Below, piece after piece: positions 7,495-15,065 of a stretch of 32,000 nt of DNA. The notes under the pieces are model-generated. The model ran no database searches. It worked only from the letters and a program-made list of their open reading frames with translations, and was not told where the DNA came from. Source of the DNA: Candidatus Methylomirabilis oxygeniifera (GTDB lineage Bacteria > Methylomirabilota > Methylomirabilia > Methylomirabilales > Methylomirabilaceae); NCBI GenBank assembly GCA_000091165.1, contig FP565575.1:930001-962000 (forward strand), given 5' to 3'. Position 1 is the first letter of the stretch. Each line of letters starts with the position of its first letter. The translations under genes and the position numbers were made by a program.

Positions 7495-7785
7495 TTACGC
7501 TTCAGGTCGAGCGGGATCTGATACCACAGACCCGGTTTCTGTTGGAGCTTGAGCCAATTCCGCCTTCGCCTCCGCCGCCAGGTCCTCGATGACCTCTCCT
7601 GCCTCAGCAACCGCCTCCTGACCCTTTTCATAGAGCAAGATGCCGCCTTTAATTGTGGCCTTCAGCAGGGGCTTGACGATGGCCGCAGCCAGCGGGATCA
7701 CGACAGGGGCCAAAATAGACGCGCCGATACCAATGGCCAACCCTGTCACCACGTTTCCCTTCAGCCCATTATCTAACAATCCCAT
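7495..7785 (-). CDS. Small membrane protein, DUF5132-like, 96 aa
   Basis: SD AAAAGGAGGATCGTC then ATG at 7785. A hydrophobic hairpin (GLAIGIGASILAPVVIPLAAAIV) is followed by KGGILLYEKGQEAVAEAGEVIEDLAAEAKAEL. The DUF5132 assignment is from memory. Confidence 0.65.
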   Translation of the reverse strand: MGLLDNGLKGNVVTGLAIGIGASILAPVVIPLAAAIVKPLLKATIKGGILLYEKGQEAVAEAGEVIEDLAAEAKAELAQAPTETGSVVSDPARPEA

Positions 7786-7830
7786 GACGATCCTCCTTTT
7801 CCATGTGTTCGGCCATACAATCGTTAGATA

Positions 7831-7860
7831 ATGATAGGCTTCCAGGGGTGGCTATGTAAA
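7831..7860 (-). promoter_or_regulatory. Candidate sigma70-type promoter of the DUF5132-like/ATPase operon
   Basis: Minus strand: TTTACA (7860-7855), 18 nt, TATCAT (7836-7831), about 45 nt upstream of the ATG at 7785. It has no phased repeat array. Confidence 0.3.
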
Positions 7861-7880
7861 CATGCTCGTTCATTACTTAC

Positions 7881-9419
7881 CTATTCCTCGTCCTCGTCTT
7901 CGTCCTCATCGTCCGGAGAACCGATGCTCGGGTCCACGTACATGGCGAGCAACTGTCCGCCCTGTACCAGCGCCGGATCGGAGTGAGCGAAATGGGCCTG
8001 GGCATCGAGCAGAAACCATCCATTCCCGAGGATCTGGTGTGCATCGATGATCCCGGAGGATTCTTCATCGGTCGTGAGGGCGGGCGGGGCCGGCGGCGCA
8101 AAGAAGGCAGGGTCGTGTGCCGCGACCTCGATCAGTTGGCCACTGTTGGTGCTATACAACCAGATCTTTCCGAGCGGATCCTGCCTGCCGATATCCTCTT
8201 GCATCAGAAGGCGGCCGCGCCGGTCCATGGTGATATTATCGAGCATCTTGTGACCCTCGCTGCCGCTCAACAGAATCTCGATGGTTCCGCCGTGTTCCGG
8301 GTGTTCGATATCATTGAAGCGCAGTCTCCACAGTCGGCTGTTTGTCGAGAAGCTCGCAGTCGTCACAAAGTAGAAATCGTTCTCGTGGCCTGGTCGGGGG
8401 TCCCACACCCCGTCCTCGAGCCGCTGCATCCGGAAGACGTCGGCGGCGATAGCGGCGTCCTGAAGCTGTGTCTCGGTCAACCCGGAAACATCTCCGAAGC
8501 TGTGGAGGCTGAAGGTGCCTGACCCGACATAGTTGCCTCCGCTCCCGAGTCCGTCGGTGTTGCTTTCCTCGGTGACTGTGGTCCCGTTGACCGCCACCTT
8601 CATGCCGAACAGGCCGCCGTTCGTGAGCCCCGCGCGTTCCACAGGAGTACCGTGATTCGTCTTCATGCCGATATAGACATACAGCTCGCTTGGAACATTG
8701 GGCGGAATCGGGCTTGTGCTGGCATCGGCATCGTCCAGCCCGATGACGACGGTCTTTGACTGCCGATGCGGACTGGCGACCACGTTTTCGAACGCCATGC
8801 GTCCGAGACGCGGCAACTGCCAGGACTGACCCTTATGGGGCCCGGTGGCGATATGAGCCCACGCCGTTCCGTTGTTCGTCTCCTCGCCGTTGAGATAGAG
8901 GCGATCCCGTGTACCCTTCCCTCGGGCGAAGAACGCCTTCTGAGGCGCTAAGTCCGCCGAGCAGAAGCGATTCCAGGCGACCGTCCCTTGCGCGTATCGG
9001 CTGCTCACCGGATCCCAGGAGTAGACGTCGCTTGATGACGGTGTTTGATCCTCGCCCTTCAAGACCTCTAGTGTTTTCCGCTTGATCTCCCAGCGGGATA
9101 CGAACGCGCCCGGCGACCCATGGGCACGGACGACGCCCGCTGTTGCGCCCAGTTCGTGGTTCACCAATAGCGTGAATGTCCGGTGACCGCTCTTGAAGGC
9201 ACCCAGTCCATCCGGGATGCCTACCAGGGAATACCCGCCAATGGTGTCGCCGACGGTCAGCACCGAGATCGTCTCGACCCCAGGCATTGAGGGAAGGACA
9301 TACGGGGCTGTGGTTGTGCTCGGTCCGATGCTTTGCGCTGAAGCGACGCAGGCAGTCGTTGCCACGCATCCGAGAACCAACGCGGCTCGAGCAAGCTCTT
9401 TTCCAACCCTGTTCGACAT
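7881..9419 (-). CDS. Secreted PhoX-like (DUF839 beta-propeller) phosphatase, 512 aa
   Basis: Trimmed to the ATG at 9419 (AGGAGG upstream). Signal peptide MSNRVGKELARAALVLGCVATTACVASAQS. GIPDGLGAF, LLVNHEL, FCSA, NGEE and LPRLGRMAFEN resemble the PhoX/DUF839 family. The C-terminal tail is acidic (DDEDEDEDEE). Confidence 0.6.
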   Translation of the reverse strand: MSNRVGKELARAALVLGCVATTACVASAQSIGPSTTTAPYVLPSMPGVETISVLTVGDTIGGYSLVGIPDGLGAFKSGHRTFTLLVNHELGATAGVVRAHGSPGAFVSRWEIKRKTLEVLKGEDQTPSSSDVYSWDPVSSRYAQGTVAWNRFCSADLAPQKAFFARGKGTRDRLYLNGEETNNGTAWAHIATGPHKGQSWQLPRLGRMAFENVVASPHRQSKTVVIGLDDADASTSPIPPNVPSELYVYIGMKTNHGTPVERAGLTNGGLFGMKVAVNGTTVTEESNTDGLGSGGNYVGSGTFSLHSFGDVSGLTETQLQDAAIAADVFRMQRLEDGVWDPRPGHENDFYFVTTASFSTNSRLWRLRFNDIEHPEHGGTIEILLSGSEGHKMLDNITMDRRGRLLMQEDIGRQDPLGKIWLYSTNSGQLIEVAAHDPAFFAPPAPPALTTDEESSGIIDAHQILGNGWFLLDAQAHFAHSDPALVQGGQLLAMYVDPSIGSPDDEDEDEDEE

Positions 9420-9498
9420 GTGATCATACCTCCTATTGAGAAGTTGATGTCCACACCCCGATGACAACATGTAACACACATGCTGCGGAGTATGGCGT

Positions 9499-9541
9499 AT
9501 CCTAACCCCCCCTTATGTCCGTGTGATGACATGGGAGTAAA
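9499..9541 (-). promoter_or_regulatory. Phased direct-repeat promoter (Pho-box-like) of the PhoX-like gene
   Basis: Minus strand: TTTAC (9541-9537), GTCAT (9530-9526), GACAT (9519-9515), a 10-bp gap, then TAGGAT (9504-9499). Confidence 0.55.
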
Positions 9542-9586
9542 AAGCGTGTTACAAGTTCCAGCCCGACAGACGTGTGTCGGTAGGAA

Positions 9587-9640
9587 TTTACACCGGAGAA
9601 ACCCGGTCGTAACAGACGCGTCACAACAACACCCTACTGT
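9587..9640 (+). promoter_or_regulatory. Phased direct-repeat promoter (Pho-box-like) of the GAF hybrid kinase gene
   Basis: TTTAC 9587, GAAAC 9598, GTAAC 9609, GTCAC 9620, a 10-bp gap, then TACTGT (9635-9640). Confidence 0.5.
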
Positions 9641-9693
9641 TTGAGCAAAGAAGGTATCTGCAGACCGTTATTCAACCGAACCGAGGTGTCACG

Positions 9694-11526
9694 ATGAAAC
9701 ACGTTCAGTCTCTCGAACTACTTCATGCAAGCCTCCATATACGCGAACCCCTGGAGCTTCGTGAACGTCTGGATCGGATCATGCGGACCGCGCGGGATAT
9801 TTTAGGGCTACGACGCCTGACCCTGTTCCTCGCCGATCCTGAAGGGTTGTGTCTGCGTACAGTAGCCAGTACGGCCTTGAGCCCGGGATCACGGCCGATT
9901 CCGCTGACCGACTCGGAGAATCCCGTCGTACGGGCCTATAGTGCTCATGCGCCGGTGTTCTGGAATCCACAGATGCCGACTACCCGGGCGATTCGACTGC
10001 AGCCGCCTTATGATCACCCTGTCGGGCTACCCTCCGACGGGTTCCTCAACCTCCCACTCATTGTGCAGGGACGAGTGATCGGCGTTCTGGGTGTTGAGCA
10101 TCCGGAGGGGGGCTGGATCCTGGACCGTGAGACGATCCAACTGATGGAGTTGTTTGCCGCTCAGGCGGCGACGGCTATCGAACACGCCCGTCTCTATGAG
10201 GAGGCAAGACGGATAGCAGCAGAACTGCAACAAAAGGTCGAAGCCCTTGCGCAGGCCGACGCAGCGCTCGTGGAGTCGGTACGGCTCCGCGCCATGGGCC
10301 AGATGGCCTCCGGCGTGGCGCATGATTTTAATAATATTCTGAACTCGATCCTGGGGCAGGTGCAGCTCCTGCAGACGCGTTTCGCGCAGGGATCTGTCCA
10401 TGCGGCAACAATCAAGGAGACGCTGCGGCTGCTGGAAGCGGCGGCCCTCGATGGGGCTGAGATTGTCCGCAAACTCCGTGAATTCACACGACCTGCTGAG
10501 GAGGAGGCGTTTGTGCCGATGGCCCTCGATAAGGTGATCGAGCAAGTGCTGGACACGACCAGGCCTCGTTGGAAGGACCAGGCTGAGGCCAGCGGTCGTC
10601 GCTTTCGGATTGTGACTGAGTGTGCATCTGTTCCCCCTATTCTCGGAAATGCCTCGGAACTCCGGGCGGTCGTCACCAACCTGTTGTTCAATGCCTTGGA
10701 TGCGATGCCGCAGGGGGGAACTGTAACCATTACGCTACGACATGTTCAGAGGGGTGGGGAGACCGCTCAACGAGCGGAAGGATTGATCGTGAATGGCGAG
10801 TGGGGTGAGAAGAGACGTCGATCTGAACGTGGAGGAGTCGTCCTGTTTACGATGACGGATACTGGAGTGGGAATTCCTGACAGTGTCAAAGCGCGTATCT
10901 TTGACCCATTCTTTACGACGAAGGGTACACGGGGGACCGGACTTGGTCTCAGCATGGTTCACGGAATCGTTCGCCGCCACCGTGGTGAGATTCTGGTAGC
11001 CAGCGAGGAGAGGCGTGGCACAACTATCACGATCTCCCTGCCGATTGCTGTAGACATTCCAACGGTTGTCATGTCCGAGGCGACTGCGCTGCCGAGCGTA
11101 CCATACTGCGCACGGATTTTAGTCATCGATGATGATCCGCTTGGTGTGGACGTCCTGATGGCTTTCTTGCAGACGCTTGGCCATGAGGCCGTAGTGGCGA
11201 CGGGAGGACCGGAGGGTCTTCGACTGTTGGAGACGAACAAGTTCGATCTACTTCTGACCGATCTGGGTATGCCGGAGATGTCGGGGTGGGATGTGGCCCA
11301 GGCGGCCAAGACCCGTCTCCCCAGCCTCCCCGTTGTCCTCGTCACCGGATGGGGGGATCATATCGATCCGTCGAGACTCGCGGGGACCGGAGTTGACGTG
11401 GTGCTGACCAAGCCGTACACGCTCTCGGACCTTGGTACCGGATTGAGCAAGGCCTGGGGCGCGTCCACAGTAGAGCCGAGACGGGGTTACAACGTAGCGA
11501 GATGTAACGAAACGTGTGAGGTGTGA
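9694..11526 (+). CDS. GAF-domain hybrid sensor histidine kinase with C-terminal receiver, 610 aa
   Basis: H-box GVAHDFNNILNSILG. The HATPase_c N/G boxes are present (NLLFNALDAM, DTGVGI, GTGLGLSMV). Receiver: ILVIDDD...LLLTDLGMPEMSG...TKP. Confidence 0.9.
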   Translation: MKHVQSLELLHASLHIREPLELRERLDRIMRTARDILGLRRLTLFLADPEGLCLRTVASTALSPGSRPIPLTDSENPVVRAYSAHAPVFWNPQMPTTRAIRLQPPYDHPVGLPSDGFLNLPLIVQGRVIGVLGVEHPEGGWILDRETIQLMELFAAQAATAIEHARLYEEARRIAAELQQKVEALAQADAALVESVRLRAMGQMASGVAHDFNNILNSILGQVQLLQTRFAQGSVHAATIKETLRLLEAAALDGAEIVRKLREFTRPAEEEAFVPMALDKVIEQVLDTTRPRWKDQAEASGRRFRIVTECASVPPILGNASELRAVVTNLLFNALDAMPQGGTVTITLRHVQRGGETAQRAEGLIVNGEWGEKRRRSERGGVVLFTMTDTGVGIPDSVKARIFDPFFTTKGTRGTGLGLSMVHGIVRRHRGEILVASEERRGTTITISLPIAVDIPTVVMSEATALPSVPYCARILVIDDDPLGVDVLMAFLQTLGHEAVVATGGPEGLRLLETNKFDLLLTDLGMPEMSGWDVAQAAKTRLPSLPVVLVTGWGDHIDPSRLAGTGVDVVLTKPYTLSDLGTGLSKAWGASTVEPRRGYNVARCNETCEV

Positions 11527-11578
11527 CACCGTAGAGCGGAAAACAGCGCGCCCTTGGACCGTCATACTGGAGGCGCGC

Positions 11579-11617
11579 CCCTTGTGCCCAGTACAAACGG
11601 GTTGCAAGGGTATTTTG
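11579..11617 (+). terminator. Probable rho-independent terminator of the kinase gene
   Basis: CCCTTG (11579-11584) pairs with CAAGGG (11605-11610), plus inner GCCC/GGGT pairing. TATTTTGTG follows. Confidence 0.45.
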
Positions 11618-11642
11618 TGAGACATCACACGAGCAGCCCCCT

Positions 11643-12599
11643 CTAGGCGATTTGCGCTGCCAATCCGACCTCCAGCCCGTTTCCCGATGTCGGCCGGAAG
11701 TCAGGGCGGGTAAGATCCATCTCGACCTGCGCGGGATTGCCCCAATCGCTCCAGTAGACGTCTTTTACCCGTTTTACCGCGAGGCGAGGAGGATGCTGAG
11801 CCAAAATCGCTCGCGAGAAATCCACCGGCGGCAGCTTGGCGTAGACGCTTTCGACGGCCTCAGCTTCTCTCGGAGACCCGATGAGGGGCTCTAAGCCATC
11901 AAAGAGATTGAAGAGTCCCGGCGTCAGCGTCTTGAAAAGGCTGATCAACCACCAGGCTCGTCCGATTGCAACCATCGTGTTCCACAAGCAATCGTATCGG
12001 CGGTAGAGGATCTGGGCCGTGCGGCGGTCGGGCTTCTCCCAAAATCGTCGTACGTGATGGACCTCCGCATGGTCATGGTATCCGGAAATACCATCTGTCT
12101 CAATCCAGCCATACTCGGGTTCCGGTCGCTTCGGTTCGACCCCTAAGAGGACGAGACAACCGGGGGCTGTAGCGACAAAGGCGGCAACCTCCTCGACATG
12201 CGACATGAACCGCTCCTCCTCAGCGATGAAGTGGTCGGCCGGCAGTAAGACCACGACAGCCTTCGGATCTTGCCGGTAGACATGCAACAGCGGCAGCAGG
12301 ATGCCCGGCCCCGTCTCCCGGTTGCTAGGCTGGACGATAACGGCGCCCGGAGGGCGGTCATGGAGCTCTTCGCGAGCATAATCAAGGTGCGGGCGGGTCA
12401 CGACGGTCAGGAGACGCTCAGGCGGGATGAGCCGCTCGGCACGATACAGCGTGTGCCGGAGCATTGAACGGCTGCCGAAAAGTGTACAGTACTGCTTTGG
12501 CCGATCAGAACCGAAACGCGACCGGATGAAGGGCCGAAGCCTCTTGCCCTCGCCGCCTGCCAGGATAATGCCCCAAAGATGATCGGTTATTCCAGACAT
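11643..12599 (-). CDS. Sugar-phosphate nucleotidyltransferase, mannose-1-phosphate guanylyltransferase-like, 318 aa
   Basis: ILAGGEGKRLRPF...RPKQY, PEPEYGWIE, FWEKPD, LWNTM and SDWGNP match the ManC/NTP_transferase pattern. An SD-like AGGAGGAGAGG precedes the ATG at 12599. Confidence 0.8.
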   Translation of the reverse strand: MSGITDHLWGIILAGGEGKRLRPFIRSRFGSDRPKQYCTLFGSRSMLRHTLYRAERLIPPERLLTVVTRPHLDYAREELHDRPPGAVIVQPSNRETGPGILLPLLHVYRQDPKAVVVLLPADHFIAEEERFMSHVEEVAAFVATAPGCLVLLGVEPKRPEPEYGWIETDGISGYHDHAEVHHVRRFWEKPDRRTAQILYRRYDCLWNTMVAIGRAWWLISLFKTLTPGLFNLFDGLEPLIGSPREAEAVESVYAKLPPVDFSRAILAQHPPRLAVKRVKDVYWSDWGNPAQVEMDLTRPDFRPTSGNGLEVGLAAQIA

Positions 12600-12694
12600 A
12601 TCCTCTCCTCCTTTTCTCCATGCGAGTATTCAAGAGTCAGTGTGAGTTCAAGGATCGGTGATGTGTGCCGAACGTCTCTCTCATGACTATGAGG

Positions 12695-12748
12695 AAGATA
12701 ACCGGGGAATGTTGCCGTGAAATGAAGGGGTGATGACGAAGGGGTAAA
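12695..12748 (-). promoter_or_regulatory. Phased direct-repeat promoter (Pho-box-like) of the nucleotidyltransferase gene
   Basis: Minus strand: TTTAC (12748-12744), GTCAT (12737-12733), TTCAT (12726-12722), GCAAC (12715-12711), a 10-bp gap, then TATCTT (12700-12695). Confidence 0.5.
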
Positions 12749-12774
12749 TTCTGTCGGGTGGATCAGACCAACAC

Positions 12775-14364
12775 TTACGAGCGGACAACGGCCTCTCGCG
12801 GCCAGTCCCGCTTCTCGGGTAGTGTGACAAACAGCGAGACCATGGTCCGCACGCCGATCGAGCGGATCAGGTTTACCATCAGGGCGAGGTAGCCGACCAA
12901 CAGAACCGCGCCGAAGCAGGCCGCCAGATACATCTCGCTGAGGTAGGAGGCATCACCAATGTACAGGGTCCGGCGCAACATCCCGTCGAGTCCGGCAAAC
13001 CCCATCGCCACCGACATGCCGATCCCCCCGAGCATCTGGCACCAGAAATGAATGTTGGACAGGACCATGCTCTTGATTTCGCGCTTGGTCACCAGCGGGA
13101 AGATCATATAGAGCGCGGCGAACAGGGTGCAGGAGAGCCCGACCAGGATTTGCATGTGGGCATGGGCGCCGATCACCCACTGGGTGTTGTGCAGGACGCG
13201 GTTCATCCCCAGGTCGGCCTGCAGGATGCCGGCCGGCACTCCAAGGCCGAATCCGACGATCCCGCCCAACAGGAACTTGAGCGGCATCGTCATCGTGAGG
13301 GGGCGCGCCTGCCAGAGCGTGGCCAGAGTGCAGAAGACGGCGATCCCGGAGGTCACCAGCTCGAAGGCGGTGATCAGCTCACCCGAGAGGAGTTTCATCC
13401 ACCCGGGCTGCGTCTGGTCTGAGAGCAGATGGTGGCTCCAGACGAACCAGGAGACCACCAGCTCCACGAAGAGGGCGGCGCGGGCGATGTGCTGCATGTA
13501 GAGCGGTCGACCCGTCAGCAGCATGGCCAGCAGGTACCAGGACCCCGCCACGTAGATCAGCACCAGCCCGTCGGCGATCAGGTCCAGCCCCCACCAGTAG
13601 ACATTCTTGTACAGTAGGGCGTCGAACCAGGTCGTGGGCAGCGCGACCCCGTTCAATCCGTACACGGCGTAGACCACGAAGATCAGGCAGATCCCTCCCA
13701 GCACGACGGCATCCAGGACCGTGTCGATCGTACCGCGAAAGATTGCGACAATCGGCAGGGGAACGTCGGGATGCTTGGTCTTCTGGCGGCCCCTGGCGAC
13801 GTGATAGAGGTTGACCCACCCATCGAGGCCGAGGCTGGAGACCAGCAAGGCGGAGACGGGCTTATGTTCCGGTTTTCGGTGGAACACCGTGGCGAAGAGG
13901 TTGAAGCAGAAGAGCAGGATCGCGACCATGATGGTCAACATGCCGACAGCGTACACCAGGAGGCTCACCGGCTTGGAGGCCGTCACCGGCAGCGGCCAGT
14001 AGTTGGTGTAGAGCGCCGAATGCAAGAAGAGGGCGCTGCTCACCCAGACGCTGAGCACCCCGGCAGCCATGAGCCGCCAGGTCCACTCAGCCGCCCGGAC
14101 GCTGTAGAGGTCCTTCTTAAGCAGCGTCGGGACCAGGAAGGAGAAGGCGCCCATGACGAGCATGAAGCTGTAGCCGAAAATCCCCACGATGGGGTGGGCG
14201 TTCAGTACGGCGTAAAAGTGCTCGGGCTCGAGCAGCGGCATGTTGGCCAGCGCGGTCCGCATCATCATCCCCTCCAGCGTGGCGAGTCCGTAGAAGAGCA
14301 GGGCGATGACGGCGAACCGCAGGGTCACGTGCTGCAGCGGCGTGAGATCGCGAAGCGACACCAT
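12775..14364 (-). CDS. Heme-copper oxidase superfamily subunit I with non-canonical active-site ligand set (NOR-like), 529 aa
   Basis: Trimmed to the ATG at 14364 (AGGAGG 6 nt upstream). About 12 or more TM helices. H57 (NAHPIVGIFG), H311-H312 (WSHHLL) and H401/H403 (GAHAHM) are present, but helix VI reads WWGLDLIADG instead of W.GHP/GHN. Confidence 0.85.
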   Translation of the reverse strand: MVSLRDLTPLQHVTLRFAVIALLFYGLATLEGMMMRTALANMPLLEPEHFYAVLNAHPIVGIFGYSFMLVMGAFSFLVPTLLKKDLYSVRAAEWTWRLMAAGVLSVWVSSALFLHSALYTNYWPLPVTASKPVSLLVYAVGMLTIMVAILLFCFNLFATVFHRKPEHKPVSALLVSSLGLDGWVNLYHVARGRQKTKHPDVPLPIVAIFRGTIDTVLDAVVLGGICLIFVVYAVYGLNGVALPTTWFDALLYKNVYWWGLDLIADGLVLIYVAGSWYLLAMLLTGRPLYMQHIARAALFVELVVSWFVWSHHLLSDQTQPGWMKLLSGELITAFELVTSGIAVFCTLATLWQARPLTMTMPLKFLLGGIVGFGLGVPAGILQADLGMNRVLHNTQWVIGAHAHMQILVGLSCTLFAALYMIFPLVTKREIKSMVLSNIHFWCQMLGGIGMSVAMGFAGLDGMLRRTLYIGDASYLSEMYLAACFGAVLLVGYLALMVNLIRSIGVRTMVSLFVTLPEKRDWPREAVVRS

Positions 14365-14374
14365 GATCGACCTC

Positions 14375-14932
14375 CTATCTCTGAGCGACCATCTGAGCTG
14401 ATGCGACCTCGATCGTGTGCCTGGCGTGCATCTGCCAAGTGTGGGGTCCGGCGTACTCCGTGGAGCGGATCGAGTACCGGCCGGGTTCGGAGAAGACCCA
14501 GACGAGGTCATTGTCATGACCCGGGACGACCTGCATCTGAAACTCCATCCGCCCGTTCTCGCGGAAGACGCCGAAGCCGTAGGTCAGGTCTTCGGACCGG
14601 ACCCGGAAGCGCACGAGTTCCCCCTGTGTGATCCTGATGCCTTCGTCGGGGAGGTGAAACTGATGGTCTTGGACGGTGACGGCGATGTCCCGGTCTGGAG
14701 TCAGACGGGCACGCTGCAATTCCCACCGGACCCACGGGACCTGCCAGGCGGTCAGCAGGTGGAAGGCGATCGACACGCTCACCAGGCAGCCGATCCACCC
14801 ATAGAACGGCATCTTCGCCATCCACGACGACTGTCGCCCAGACGTCAATCCGCGTACATAGCCCCACATCATCGAGAGCACGGTCATCACCATGACCGAG
14901 TAAAAGCCTTTCACGAGCAGTGCGAGCGGCAT
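14375..14932 (-). CDS. HCO subunit II-like cupredoxin protein lacking CuA ligands, 185 aa
   Basis: Trimmed to the ATG at 14932 (AAGGAGGTG upstream). Two N-terminal TM helices. SEDLTYGF replaces DVIHSF, and RSTEYAGPHTWQM replaces C.E.CG..H..M. There is no CxxCH. Confidence 0.7.
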   Translation of the reverse strand: MPLALLVKGFYSVMVMTVLSMMWGYVRGLTSGRQSSWMAKMPFYGWIGCLVSVSIAFHLLTAWQVPWVRWELQRARLTPDRDIAVTVQDHQFHLPDEGIRITQGELVRFRVRSEDLTYGFGVFRENGRMEFQMQVVPGHDNDLVWVFSEPGRYSIRSTEYAGPHTWQMHARHTIEVASAQMVAQR

Positions 14933-15011
14933 TGGCACACCTCCTTTCCCTTCATTTCCGGTGCACACCCTGGTAGCGTCAAGCCCCAAAGTCTCTCTTA
15001 TGACTAATGGA

Positions 15012-15065
15012 AGCATAGTCGGGGAATGTTGCCGTCAAATGAAGGAGTCGTGACGAAGAGGTAAA
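15012..15065 (-). promoter_or_regulatory. Phased direct-repeat promoter (Pho-box-like) of the HCO operon
   Basis: Minus strand: TTTAC (15065-15061), GTCAC (15054-15050), TTCAT (15043-15039), GCAAC (15032-15028), a 10-bp gap, then TATGCT (15017-15012). Confidence 0.5.

Noticed and set aside
6975-7631. Long versions of trimmed ORFs (6975..7631, 12775..14517, 14375..15016, 165..638, 7881..9479, 16486..16971, 26598..28175, 15534..16061)
   Set aside because: The N-terminal extensions overlap the upstream gene or lack an SD. Internal ATGs with good SDs give proteins that start at the expected domain boundary or signal peptide.
10740-10860. ~25-aa Arg/Glu-rich insertion in the kinase ATP-binding domain (RHVQRGGETAQRAEGLIVNGEWGEKRRRSERGG)
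   Set aside because: It looks like a surface-loop insertion between conserved boxes. I cannot attach a function or show that it is unusual without an alignment.
13048-14867. Antisense and alternative-frame ORFs across the HCO operon (13771..14631 at 286 aa, 14417..15007, 14514..14867, 13379..13819 and others)
   Set aside because: They overlap the TM-rich HCO subunit genes. Their composition (Arg/Pro/Gly/His runs) is typical of off-frame high-GC translation.
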